From NCBI GenBank assembly GCA_963711035.1, contig CAVQCN010000001.1, positions 1,229,206 to 1,293,205 on the forward strand: a DNA stretch of 64,000 nucleotides, written 5' to 3'. The DNA is from an uncultured Chloroflexia bacterium. GTDB taxonomy: Bacteria > Chloroflexota > Dehalococcoidia > DSTF01 > WHTK01. The position numbers and the translations under genes were made by a program. Positions 40,103-50,345 of the stretch are shown one piece after another (the stretch's first letter is position 1; each line of letters begins with the position of its first letter). The notes beneath the pieces were generated by a model. It was not told the DNA's origin and ran no database searches. It saw only the letters and a list, made by a program, of their open reading frames with translations.

Positions 40103-40807
40103 GTGGGTCCTTCCGGCCACGAGGGGCTGCTCCTCGAATGGCACCGCACGGCGCGGCGTGACCTGCCGTGGCGCCGGTCGCGCGACCCGTGGGCCGTGCT
40201 CGTCTCGGAGATGATGTTGCAGCAGACGCAGGTGTCGCGCGTCCTCGATCGTTGGCAGGAGTGGATGGAGCGCTGGCCGACGCCGCAGGCATGCGCCGCC
40301 GCGGACCGCGACGACGTGCTCCGCGCCTGGCAGGGTCTGGGCTACAACCGCCGCGCCGTTAACCTGCATCGGGCGGCACAGGCCATCGCCGCGGAGGGCT
40401 GGCCGCACGACCTGACGCAGCTGCCAGGCGTGGGGCGCTATACCGCCGCGGCAATTCGCCGCTTCGCGCTCGGCGAGCCTGTCCTGCCCGTCGACGTCAA
40501 CATCGGTCGCGTGTTGGAGCGCAGCGGCGGCGCGTTCACGCCGGCCGCGGCCGAGGCGCTGATGGACCTCGGCGCCACGGTCTGCATTGCTCGTCAACCT
40601 CGCTGCGGCGTCTGTCCGCTGGCAGGCGTCTGTCCCTCCCGCGACCAGACCTACGAGCCGTTGCGCCGCCAGTCGCGGTTCGAGGGCTCGTTCCGTCAGC
40701 GCCGGGCCGAGACGCTACGGGCGCTGTTGGCCGGCTGCGCGGATCCGCACGCGGACGAGCCGGAGGTAATGGCGTCGCTGGTTCAGGACGGTCTCGCTCC
40801 CGGCTGA
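40103..40807 (+). CDS. MutY-family A/G-specific adenine glycosylase, catalytic HhH-GPD domain only (no NUDIX-like C-terminal domain)
   Basis: LLEWHRTARRDLPWR...VLVSEMMLQQTQV, plus the C..C..C..C FeS cluster loop (CGVCPLAGVC). Confidence 0.75.
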   Translation: MGPSGHEGLLLEWHRTARRDLPWRRSRDPWAVLVSEMMLQQTQVSRVLDRWQEWMERWPTPQACAAADRDDVLRAWQGLGYNRRAVNLHRAAQAIAAEGWPHDLTQLPGVGRYTAAAIRRFALGEPVLPVDVNIGRVLERSGGAFTPAAAEALMDLGATVCIARQPRCGVCPLAGVCPSRDQTYEPLRRQSRFEGSFRQRRAETLRALLAGCADPHADEPEVMASLVQDGLAPG

Positions 40808-40809
40808 GG

Positions 40810-41583
40810 CTATTTGTGGGGCTCCCAGCTGAAATAGCGCATGGCCAGGCCGATACCCAGCAGTCCCCACGCGGCCATCACGATAAGGCTCTTTACCTCG
40901 AAGCCGCTGCCACTCTGGAACGGATCGAAAACGGCGAATAGGGAGTCGGCGAAATGGCGTACCGGGAAGATGGAGGCGAAGCTGTTCATCCAGCCCGGGG
41001 CGTTTTCCATCGGCACGAACACGTTGGAGATGAACAGCAGCGGCAGGATCGAGGCGTTGATGATCGCCGAACCTGCGTCGGCGTTCGGAACGAAGCCCGT
41101 GATCGCCAGGCCCAGCGCGCAGAAGCAGCCCGCCCCAACGATCAGTGAGACTACGAGCGCCGGTATCTTGCTCGCGTCCATATGCACGCCGTAGAAGACG
41201 ATGCCGGCGAACAGCACGATCACGACCAGCAGGAACGTCACGCCGATCGCCTGCATGATGCGTCCCAGGATATAGGCCAGCGCCGGAAGCGGCGTGCCGC
41301 GCACTCGCTTGAGCAACCCGCGATCGCGCGCGAATGTCACGCTCATCGCGATGTTCGTGTAGGTGGCGCTGATTACGGCGAACGCCAGGATCGCCGGCAC
41401 ATAGAAGGTCGAGGTGTCCACGGTGCCGTCTTTGACGTCGATGGTGCTGTGCCCAAACACCGTGTTGAAGATGACCAGGAACATCAGCGGGAAGATGACC
41501 GTGAAAAACGCCGACGCCGGGTTGCGCCAAAACGCGATCGTTTCGTAGCGCGCCTGTCGCAAGGCCATGCTAGCGAAGCTCAT
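40810..41583 (-). CDS. ABC-2 type transporter permease
   Basis: Six TM helices. Coupled to the upstream ATPase gene. Confidence 0.8.
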   Translation of the reverse strand: MSFASMALRQARYETIAFWRNPASAFFTVIFPLMFLVIFNTVFGHSTIDVKDGTVDTSTFYVPAILAFAVISATYTNIAMSVTFARDRGLLKRVRGTPLPALAYILGRIMQAIGVTFLLVVIVLFAGIVFYGVHMDASKIPALVVSLIVGAGCFCALGLAITGFVPNADAGSAIINASILPLLFISNVFVPMENAPGWMNSFASIFPVRHFADSLFAVFDPFQSGSGFEVKSLIVMAAWGLLGIGLAMRYFSWEPHK

Positions 41584-42494
41584 CAGCCCTCGCCCTCCTC
41601 GCCGACCAGTCGCAGGTAGGTCGACTCCAGCGATCCGTGCGATACCGAGAGATCGTCGAGTTCGATGCCCTGGTCTTGTGCGCGACTGGTCAGCATGTAG
41701 AGCACGGCGGTCGGCTGAGGCGTCATCAGCGAGACGTAGCCCGGCTGAGAGCGGTCGATGTTCTCGATTCCTCCCAGCAGCGTCTCAGGGTTGGCCGGCT
41801 CCTTGAAGCGAATCGTACTCTCTGGTTCGGCCTGGATCAGGCTGTCCGGCGTGCCCTCGGCGATGATCACGCCGCGCCGGATAATGGCGACGCGGTCGGC
41901 TAGCAGTTGCGCTTCTTCCATATAGTGCGTCGTGAGGAAGATCGTCTTTCCGAGTGTCTGCAGCCCGCGCAACATGTCCCAGGCGCCGCGACGGGCTGCC
42001 GGGTCGAAGCCCGTCGTTGGTTCATCCAGAAAGAGCAAGTCGGGGTCGCCGGCGAGGCCGATGCCGACGTCGAGGCGCCGCTGCTGCCCGCCCGAGAGCT
42101 TCTTCACGCGCACGGCCCGTTGGCCGGCCAGCCCAACCAGCGTCAACACCTCGTCCAGCGGCCGGGGGTGCGGGTAGAACGAGCGGAACATGTCGATCGT
42201 CTCTTCTACCGTCAGGTAAGGCTCGACGCCCGTCTCCTGCAGCACGATACCGATACGCTGCTTGAACTCGGTGTCGTCGTGCCCAGGGTCGTAGCCGAGC
42301 ACGCTGACTTCGCCGGAGGTGCGGCTGCGATGCCCTTCGAGGATCTCGGTGGTCGTGGTCTTGCCGGCGCCGTTGGGCCCGAGCAACGCGAATATCTCGC
42401 CGCGCTGCACACGCAAATCGATGCCGGCAACGGCCTCGAACTCACCGTAGGTTTTGTGCAGGCCATGAACCTCGATTGCCAGGTCGTCAGCCAT
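41583..42494 (-). CDS. ABC transporter ATP-binding protein
   Basis: GPNGAGKTT Walker A, LSGGQQRRL signature, LFLDEPT Walker B. Confidence 0.9.
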   Translation of the reverse strand: MADDLAIEVHGLHKTYGEFEAVAGIDLRVQRGEIFALLGPNGAGKTTTTEILEGHRSRTSGEVSVLGYDPGHDDTEFKQRIGIVLQETGVEPYLTVEETIDMFRSFYPHPRPLDEVLTLVGLAGQRAVRVKKLSGGQQRRLDVGIGLAGDPDLLFLDEPTTGFDPAARRGAWDMLRGLQTLGKTIFLTTHYMEEAQLLADRVAIIRRGVIIAEGTPDSLIQAEPESTIRFKEPANPETLLGGIENIDRSQPGYVSLMTPQPTAVLYMLTSRAQDQGIELDDLSVSHGSLESTYLRLVGEEGEG

Positions 42495-42548
42495 CGTCTA
42501 AATGCTAGCACCGGGCGTCGTAAGAAACAGGCAAAACAACTGCAGTGG

Positions 42549-43481
42549 TCAGGAGGCGTAAGCCAGGTCGGGCTTCAGCACCAGGTCGATGAGGGCGAGC
42601 TGTTCCGCAGCGGGCGGCGGGCGGATCGGCGCGCGGCGGCGGTCGGAGACGTCGTAGGCGGCGCGCAGCTCGGCGACGCGCTGCAGCGTCGGCTTCGTCT
42701 CCGTCTCGGGCAGGTAGGCGTCGAAGCGATAGAGGCGCCGGTAGTGGTCGAGCAGGTCGGGCCAGTCGCGCGCCAGGTGGTTGAGGAAGTGCTCACGCGT
42801 GCCTGGCCGGAGATGGAGGAGGTTCGCCCACAGGCCGGTCGCTCCCGCCTCGTGCGCCGCCTTGACGACCTCCTCCAGTTGCTCCGGTCGATCAGAGATG
42901 CCGGGCAGGACGGGCGCCATGGCCACGTTGACCTTGATCCCGGCGTCGATGAGCGTCTTCACCGCCCGCAGGCGCTGCCGCGGCGGCGACGTGCCCGGCT
43001 CCGTCTTGCGCCACACCTCCGTGTCCAGCGTGGGAATCGAGACGTTGACGTTGACCTCGGCCCGCCGCGAGCCTTCCTGCAGCACGTCGACGTCCCGCAC
43101 GATCATGGGGCCGCGCGTGATTAGCCCGTAAGGGTTGTGCGCCGCTGCCAGCACCTCGAGGCAGGAGCGCGTCAGCCGGTACTGGCCCTCGGCCGGCTGA
43201 TACGGGTCCGTTGCAGCGCCGATCGCGACCGTCTCGTGGCGCCAGCCGCGCTTCTGCACCTCCCAGCGCAGCACCTGCGCCACGTTCGTCTTCACCCGGA
43301 TCGAGCGGCCGTAGCGGTCGTCGGACGGGCGGTCGGCGCGCTGCTCATAGGCACGGACGTAGCAGTAGGTGCAGCGGTGCACGCAGCCCATATACGGGTT
43401 GAGCGTCCAGCGGAAGGGCATGCCCTTCGTTCTGTTGAGGGCGGTCTTGCAGGGCTCTTCGCGGTAGGCCACGGCTGCCAT
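42549..43481 (-). CDS. Radical SAM protein, SplB-like (COG1533 DNA repair photolyase family)
   Basis: CVHRCTYC CxxxCxxC cluster motif. Confidence 0.8.
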   Translation of the reverse strand: MAAVAYREEPCKTALNRTKGMPFRWTLNPYMGCVHRCTYCYVRAYEQRADRPSDDRYGRSIRVKTNVAQVLRWEVQKRGWRHETVAIGAATDPYQPAEGQYRLTRSCLEVLAAAHNPYGLITRGPMIVRDVDVLQEGSRRAEVNVNVSIPTLDTEVWRKTEPGTSPPRQRLRAVKTLIDAGIKVNVAMAPVLPGISDRPEQLEEVVKAAHEAGATGLWANLLHLRPGTREHFLNHLARDWPDLLDHYRRLYRFDAYLPETETKPTLQRVAELRAAYDVSDRRRAPIRPPPAAEQLALIDLVLKPDLAYAS

Positions 43482-43568
43482 GGCCAGCAGTATGGAACGT
43501 ATGTTCTATATCTGTCAACCCTTTGGCATCCCATCGCCCTCGAGAACTCGAAGGTCATAATTGACCGC

Positions 43569-45071
43569 GTGTTTGCCCGCCGTCTGAAGTCTCCTGCGTT
43601 CCTCATCGCCGCGTTCGCCTGCTTGCTGCTCGTGCTGCTGCGTCTGCCGGCGTTCTTCCAGCCCGCCTGGTCCGATGACGAGGGCATCTTCGCGTCCGTG
43701 GCCTACGCCATGCGCCACGGCCAGATGCTCTACAGCGACGTCTGGGACAACAAGCCGCCGGGCCTCTATCTCATCTTTGCTGTTGCGTGGTGGCCTGCCG
43801 TCGGCATGGTCGTCGTACGACTGATAGCGCTGGCGGCGTCGGCAGGCGTGCTGCTGCTCGTCTTCGCGTTGGCGCGGCGCGAGGCCGGTCTGCTGGCGGC
43901 GTCGATATCGGCGCTGGTCTGCGCTCTCGCCCTGGGCCTGCCGACCTTCGCTGCGCACGAGGTCAACACCGAGACGTTCATGATCCTGTTTACGACGCTG
44001 GGCATGTTCCTGCTCTGGCCCCGCCTGGACCGCATGGTGCAGCCCAGGGCGCTTGTCGTCCCCGGACTGGCCTTTGGTGGTGCTGCCTTTTTCAAGCAGA
44101 TCGCGGCGTTCGATGCTGCGGCAGCCCTCGTGTTCCTGACGCTGTACTTCCGCTTCGACTGGCGCTACCCGGCTGCCTTCTTGGCCGGGTGCGCCGTTGT
44201 TCCCTTGATTACGGCTGCCGTCTTCCTACCCTTCGGGGCCCTGAGCGACCTCTGGTCTGCGGTCGTCTGGTCCCTGGTCACCTATCGCACCGACCTGCCG
44301 GAGGGCCAGCACGCGACAACGACTGCGGACCTCTTCATCATGCTGGCCCCGCTCGGCGCCGCGCTGCCGTATGTGGCCTGGGCCCGGCCCTGGCGCTTCG
44401 AGTCACGCCAGCCGTTGTTCATCCTGTGGCTGGCGTTCGCCGCTGTGGGTGTGGCCGCCAGCGGGCGCAGCTATCCCCATTACCTGCTGCAGCTCGTGCC
44501 GCCCATGTCGCTCGCCGTCGCAACCTGGCTGCCGCAGCGACCCGTGGCCGCCCATCGAGCCGCCGCTGCCGCCGTGGTGCTGGCGACGCTGGCCGTGTAC
44601 GACGCCTTCGTCGGGCCGTGGGGCTGGGTGGCCTGGAACCAGGAGCCGCAGCATACGCGCGGCTACTACCACAACTTCATCGACTACGCTTTGGGCTACC
44701 GCTCGCGAACAGACTACGAAGCCTCCTTCGATCCGAACACGCCAGGCCGGTTGCGTCTGATCCGGCAGGTCGACGGATTGCAGCTCGACAGCCGCCGGGT
44801 CTTCGTCTGGGGCGATCTCGCGTGGGCGTACCCCCTCGCGCGCCTCGACAACCCGCTGCCGTATTCGACCCTGTTCAACCTGCGCGACGCCGAGGGCGAC
44901 ACGCCGGGCTCGGTTTCGATGGTCCTGGCGCGCCGGCCACGCTATCTCCTCGTCCTCGATTCTGCAAAGGAGTACTGGGACGAGGCAGCGCCGTCGCTTC
45001 TGCCGGAAATCGAGCCCGTGCAAACACTCGACGGGGCGACGTTGTACCGCTGGCGTGGGGCCGGTCGGTGA
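43569..45071 (+). CDS. GT-C fold glycosyltransferase (PMT/ArnT-like, GT39/GT83-like). The GTG start is approximate.
   Basis: Polytopic membrane protein with the SDDEG loop motif after TM1. The upstream part of the ORF is the shadow of the radical SAM gene. Confidence 0.7.
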   Translation: MFARRLKSPAFLIAAFACLLLVLLRLPAFFQPAWSDDEGIFASVAYAMRHGQMLYSDVWDNKPPGLYLIFAVAWWPAVGMVVVRLIALAASAGVLLLVFALARREAGLLAASISALVCALALGLPTFAAHEVNTETFMILFTTLGMFLLWPRLDRMVQPRALVVPGLAFGGAAFFKQIAAFDAAAALVFLTLYFRFDWRYPAAFLAGCAVVPLITAAVFLPFGALSDLWSAVVWSLVTYRTDLPEGQHATTTADLFIMLAPLGAALPYVAWARPWRFESRQPLFILWLAFAAVGVAASGRSYPHYLLQLVPPMSLAVATWLPQRPVAAHRAAAAAVVLATLAVYDAFVGPWGWVAWNQEPQHTRGYYHNFIDYALGYRSRTDYEASFDPNTPGRLRLIRQVDGLQLDSRRVFVWGDLAWAYPLARLDNPLPYSTLFNLRDAEGDTPGSVSMVLARRPRYLLVLDSAKEYWDEAAPSLLPEIEPVQTLDGATLYRWRGAGR

Positions 45072-45296
45072 GCGCGCTTTCTGCTGGCGAGAGGCCTTGG
45101 TATGATTGCTGCGATGTTGTGCATATCTCCGGAGACAAGGAAACGCCCCGACTCATCATCGGGGCGGGCGATTAGCGCCTGACCCGCTCGGCCGCGGCTC
45201 CTGACATGAGCCCGTTTCCTCATTCCCCTGCTCCGGAGGTTCCGTTGACGATCCCCAACCTGCTTCTGCAAACGCCTGAGTCAGCCGGAGGCTGTC

Positions 45297-48200
45297 GTGT
45301 TTAAGCCTGTCCCGACCCGCATCGACTACGTCGAGCTCGAGCATGAGGTGCAGGCCTGGTGGGACGAAAACCAGGTCCTGCAGCAGTACCTGCGCCGCAA
45401 TCAGCACTCGCACCAGCGCTGGTCCTTCATCGACGGGCCGATCACGGCCAACAACCCCATGGGTGTGCACCACGCCTGGGGCCGCTCCTACAAGGACCTC
45501 TACAACCGCTTCTGGACGCTTCGCGGCCACAAGCTGCGCTATCAGAACGGCTTCGACTGTCAGGGCCTCTGGATCGAGGTCGAGGTCGAGAAGGAACTCG
45601 GCTTCACCTCGAAGCACGACATCGAGGACTACGGCGTCGCCGACTTCGTCGAGGCCTGCAAGGAGCGGGTGCGGCGCTTCTCCGCCATCCAGACCGACCA
45701 GTCGAAGCGTCTCGGTTACTGGATGGACTGGGACAACAGCTACTTCACCAACTCGGACGAGAACAACTACACGATCTGGGGCTTCCTCAAGAAGTGCTGG
45801 GAGAAGGGCTGGATCTACAAAGGCAAGGACACGATGCCGTGGTGCCCCCGCTGCGGCACCGGCATCTCGCAGCACGAGATCGTCACCGAGGGCTACCAGG
45901 AGATCACGCACAAGTCCGTCTTCCTCAAGTTCCCCTTGACGGGCCGTGCTGAAGGAGCTGAGGGATTCATCCCTCAGGGGAACGAGAGCCTCCTCGTCTG
46001 GACGACGACGCCCTGGACGCTGGCGGCGAACATCGCTGCCGCCGTGCATCCCGATCTCACCTACCTCAAGGTGAAGCAGGGCGACGACGTGCTCTACGTG
46101 TCGCAGGGCGCCGTCGCCAACGCGATCCGCGGCGAGCACGAGGTGATCGGCGAGGTGAAGGGCAGCGAGCTCGTAGGTCTCACCTACAGCGGTCCGTTCG
46201 ACGAGCTGCCCGTGCAGAACGGCGTGCGCCATCGCGTCATCCGCTGGGATGAGGTCAGCGATGCCGAAGGTACCGGCATCGTCCACATCGCTCCGGGCGC
46301 CGGCGCCGAGGACTTCGCGCTGTCGAAGGAGTACGGCCTCGACGTCATCGCGCCGCTGGAGGAAGACGGCACCTACATCGTCGACGGCGGCTTCGGCTTC
46401 CTCGAAGGCCGTTTCGCCGGCGACGTGGCCGACGACGTCTTCGCCAGCCTGCGCGACAAGGGCATCCTCTACCGCGTGCAGGAGTACCTGCACCGCTACC
46501 CGACCTGCTGGCGCTGCGGCTCCGAGCTCGTCTTCCGCCTGGTCGACGAGTGGTTCATCTCCATGGACGAGCTGCGTTTCAAGATCATGGACACGACACG
46601 GCAGGTGCGCTGGATCCCCGACTTCGGCGAGGCGCGCGAGATCGACTGGCTGCGCAACATGCACGACTGGATGATCTCGAAGAAGCGCTACTACGGCCTC
46701 GCCCTGCCCATCTTCGACTGCCACGCCTGCGGCAACTTCGAGATCATCGGCTCGGAGACGGAGCTGCGCGAGCGCGCCGTCGAGGGCTGGGACCAGTTCG
46801 AAGGCCACAGCCCGCACCGTCCCTACATCGACGCGGTGAAGATCGCCTGCAGTAGCTGCGGCGCCACCGTCGAGCGCATCAGCGACGTCGGCAATCCATG
46901 GCTGGACGCCGGCATCGTGCCCTTCTCCACCCTCGAGTATCGCCACAACCTGGACTACTGGAAGCAGTGGTTCCCGGCCGACTGGGTGTCGGAGAGCTTC
47001 CCGGGCCAGTTCCGCAACTGGTTCTACGCCCTGCTCACCATGGGCACCGTCATGGTGCTCGACACGGATCACGAGGGCGACCCGCCGTTCAAGACGCTGT
47101 TCTCGCTACGGCGCCCTGCGCGACGAGCACGGCGAGGAGATGCACAAGTCGAAAGGCAACGCCATCTGGTTCGAGGACGCCGCCGAGCGCATGGGCTCCG
47201 ACGTCATGCGCTGGCTGTTCATGCGCGCGAACCCGGCCAACAACCTCAACTTCGGCTGGGGCGCCGGCGACGAGCTGAAACGCGGTTTCCTCTCGACGCT
47301 GTGGAACACGTACTCGTTCTTCGTGACGTACGCCAACATCGACGGCTGGACGCCGGGCGGCACTCTCGCTCCGTCCCTCTTCCAGGGCTCGGAAGGCATG
47401 GAAACCGACCCGCACTCGGGCAGAGCGATGGCCAGCCAGGCGATCCTCACCGAGCTGGACCGCTGGGTGCTGTCCGAGCTCAACTCCCTGGTGCAGGTGG
47501 TTACCACGTCGCTGGAGAACTACGACTCGATGACCGCCTGCCGCCAGATGGAGGAGTTCGTCGAGGGCCTCTCGAACTGGTACGTGCGCCGCAGCCGGCG
47601 CCGCTTCTGGAAGCCCGTGCTCGAAGGGGACGGCGACACAGAGACCGATCCCGACAAGCAGGCGGCCTACGAGACGTTGTGGACCTGCCTCGAGACGCTG
47701 AACCGCCTCATGGCGCCGTTCATGCCCTTCCTGGCCGAGGACGTCTACCGCAACCTCGTCTGCAGCTGGAGCGACGACGCGCCGGCCAGCGTGCACCTCG
47801 CCGACTGGCCCGAGGTCAACGAGAGCTTGATCGACGAGGAGCTCTGTCCGCGTCGGTTCGCCTGGTGCAGCGCCTCGTCTCCCTGGGCCGCGCGGCGAGG
47901 TCGAAGGCGAACCTGCGCGTGCGCCAGCCCCTTGCGACGGTGCACGTGCGCGTCCTCAACGACCGGGAAGCGCACACGATCCGCGAGCTCGCCGAGCAGG
48001 TCACCGAAGAGCTGAATGTTAAGGCGCTCGAAGTGATCGGCGACGAGTCCGGCTTCTTCGAGTACCAGGTGCGCCCCAACCTGCCCGTGCTCGGTCCGAA
48101 GTACGGTAGCGACGTCGGCCGCATCCAACGCGCTCTCGCAGCCGCCGACAAGGCTTCGATCGCGCGGGCCGTGAGCAGCGGCCAGACGGTGACGCTGGAC

Positions 48201-48572
48201 GGCATCGAGCTGCTGCCGGGCGAGTTGCTGGTCAGCCTCACGGGCAAGCCCGGCTTCGCGGTCGCCGAGGAGGCAGGCTACGCCGTCGCCGTCACGACGG
48301 ACGTGACGCCGGAGCTGGCGGACGAGGGCCTGGCGCGCGAGCTGGTGCGCCGCGTCCAGGAGATGCGCAAGAACGCCGGCTTCGAGATTGCCGACCGCAT
48401 TCGCCTCAGCTTCGACGGCGACGCGGACGTGGAGCGCGTCATGGAGTCGTGGGGCGAATACATCCGCCAGGAGACGCTCTCGGAAGCGATCGCTGCAGGC
48501 GCGGACGGGGGCTACCGTGAAGACCACGAGATCGACGGCCGCAAGCTGAGCCTCGGCGTCACGCGTATCTAG
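45297..48572 (+). pseudogene. ileS: Isoleucyl-tRNA synthetase carrying two compensating frameshifts, about 47104 and about 47850
   Basis: HIGH region (PMGVHHAWG) and ~600 aa of canonical IleS. From FKTLFSLRRPARR the main frame becomes Arg-rich nonsense. The KMSKS region (EEMHKSKGN) and the following 240 aa read in the +1 frame (ORF 47140..48015). The original frame then resumes (VRLVQRLVSLGRAARSKANLRVRQPL...). Confidence 0.85.
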
Positions 48573-48585
48573 CTGGCTCCCCGTC

Positions 48586-49476
48586 ATGGACGTCTACCTG
48601 GTCGACGGCACCTACGAGCTGTTCCGTCACTTCTTCGCCATCCCGTCGCGCAAGAACGGCGGCGGTCGCGAGATTGCTGCGACCCGTGGCGTGCTCGCCT
48701 CCATGCTGTCGATGCTGGAGACGGGTGTCACGCATCTCGGCGTCGCCACCGACCACGTCATCGAGTCGTTTCGCAACGACCTCTGGGCCGGGTACAAGAC
48801 GAGCGCCGGCGCCGACCCGCAGCTGCTGCAGCAATTCCCGTTGCTGGAGGACGGCCTGCGAGCTCTCGGCGTCGTCGCATGGCCGATGGTCGAGATGGAG
48901 GCGGACGATGGGCTGGCGTCGGCTGCGCGGCTGGCGGCGGCAGACCCGGCGGTCGACCGCGTGGTGATCTGCTCGCCCGACAAAGACCTCTCGCAGTGCG
49001 TACGCGACGGCCGCGTCGTGATGCTGGACCGGCGCAAGGACGTGATCACGGACGCCGATGGCGTCGTCGCGCGCTTTGGCGTGCCGCCCGAGTCGATCCC
49101 CGACTACCTGGCGTTGGTCGGCGACAGCGCGGACGGTTTCCCCGGCCTGCCGGGCTGGGGCCCGCGCGCTGCCGCCACGCTGCTGGCGCGCTACAGCCAC
49201 ATCGATGCCATCCCGTCGAATGTATCCAAGTGGGACGTGTCGTTGCGCGGCGCCGAACGCCTGGCGGCCACGCTGCGTGAGCAGACGGATCGGGCGTTGC
49301 TCTTCCGCGACCTCGCCACGCTGCGCGACCAGGAGCCGCTATTCGAGTCGGTCGAAGCGCTGCGCTGGCGCGGCCCGACTCCGGACTTCGAGACGTTCAG
49401 CCGCGAGATTGACGGCGCCGTGTTGCTCGACCGGGCGCGCGCTGCCGCACGGGCCCGTGATGCGGGCGTGAGCTGA
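48586..49476 (+). CDS. 5'-3' exonuclease / FEN-like (Pol I N-terminal domain homologue)
   Basis: MDVYLVDGTYELFRHF...VATDH...EADD acidic metal site and the H3TH region. Confidence 0.8.
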   Translation: MDVYLVDGTYELFRHFFAIPSRKNGGGREIAATRGVLASMLSMLETGVTHLGVATDHVIESFRNDLWAGYKTSAGADPQLLQQFPLLEDGLRALGVVAWPMVEMEADDGLASAARLAAADPAVDRVVICSPDKDLSQCVRDGRVVMLDRRKDVITDADGVVARFGVPPESIPDYLALVGDSADGFPGLPGWGPRAAATLLARYSHIDAIPSNVSKWDVSLRGAERLAATLREQTDRALLFRDLATLRDQEPLFESVEALRWRGPTPDFETFSREIDGAVLLDRARAAARARDAGVS

Positions 49477-49515
49477 CTGGATGACGAATCGCCTTTGTGG
49501 CGGTAGGCTGAGGGC

Positions 49516-50025
49516 ATGAAGGGTACCGACAAGCTGAGCAAGGGCGAAGCCAGCCCGTCCATGGTCGTGCAGGGCCTGATCTACTTCCTGGCGGGCCTGT
49601 GGCCGCTGGTGAGCTACCGCAGCTTCAGCCGCGCCGCCACGCCAAAGGCCCCTCCGCAACTGGTCAAGGGCTTCGGCGCCATCGTCTCGGTCACGGGGCT
49701 GTTGCTGATCGTGGCGGGCCTGCGCGCCAAGCGCACGTCCGGTGAGCCGATGCCGGTGGCCGGCAGCGCGATGGCGGGGATCATGGCCGTCATGGAAATT
49801 GTTGGCAGCTTCCGCGGCAGCCTCTCGCCGCTCACGGTCGCGACGACGGCGCTCGATACGCTCGCGGCCGGTGTGCGTGAGAACGACGAGCGGCGCGCGG
49901 TCGCGTTGGCAGAAGAGCTCATCGTGGAGTTGGAGCCGGACGAAGGGGCTCTGGACGAGGACGAGTCCGCAGCAGGCATCCCTGAAGACGAGGAGCCGGC
50001 GGCGATCGTGGCGGAAGAGGCCTGA
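49516..50025 (+). CDS. Hypothetical small membrane protein with an acidic C-terminal tail
   Basis: Three predicted TM helices. DEDESAAGIPEDEEP tail. Confidence 0.4.
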   Translation: MKGTDKLSKGEASPSMVVQGLIYFLAGLWPLVSYRSFSRAATPKAPPQLVKGFGAIVSVTGLLLIVAGLRAKRTSGEPMPVAGSAMAGIMAVMEIVGSFRGSLSPLTVATTALDTLAAGVRENDERRAVALAEELIVELEPDEGALDEDESAAGIPEDEEPAAIVAEEA

Positions 50026-50039
50026 TCAGCCAGGGACCG

Positions 50040-50178
50040 GATTCTTCGCTGCGCTCAGAATGGACAACGAGGCGTTTCGTCATTGCGAGGAGCGCATGCG
50101 ACGAAGCAATCCCGGTCGGGGCGTCGTCTTCAGAGGTGGCGTTGTCCGAGGAGATTCTTCGCTGCGCTCAGAATGACA
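50040..50178. repeat. Two copies of the GATTCTTCGCTGCGCTCAGAATGACA repeat (copy A forms a hairpin with GTCATTGCGAGGAGCGCATGCGACGAAGCAATC)
   Basis: Copy A at 50040-50111 and copy B at 50153-50178. It translates as DSSLRSE / LRCAQND in spurious ORFs. Related copies are at 16843-16978 and 55873-55898. Confidence 0.55.
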
Positions 50179-50345
50179 GACGAGCGAAAACGTGGAGACG
50201 TAGCTTTAGCTCCGTCCGAGCGACGTCCCGTTTTCTAAACACGCTGCACTATTTGGCGGCCATACGCTATGAGAAGATGAGGCGCCTCTTTGAGGCGCCT
50301 CATCTTGGGCTCGAAGCTTGTGGGCTGACAGCTCGAAGCTGTTAG

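Noticed and set aside
45072-45296. A T-box riboswitch upstream of ileS, or a ZTP riboswitch in the pur leaders.
   Set aside because: I could not find the T-box consensus (AGGGUGGNACCGCG) or the pfl consensus by inspection. Only a terminator-like hairpin (CCCCGA...TCGGGG) follows the GT-C gene.
45297-48572. ileS as an intact 1091-aa protein.
   Set aside because: The KMSKS region is only readable in the +1 frame. The main-frame segment 47100-47860 is Arg-rich nonsense.
50040-50178. A possible CRISPR array or tandem-repeat locus at the duplicated GATTCTTCGCTGCGCTCAGAATGACA motif.
   Set aside because: There are only two direct copies, with an unrelated spacer and a hairpin partner. No regular repeat-spacer periodicity appears here or elsewhere in the window, and no cas genes are present.
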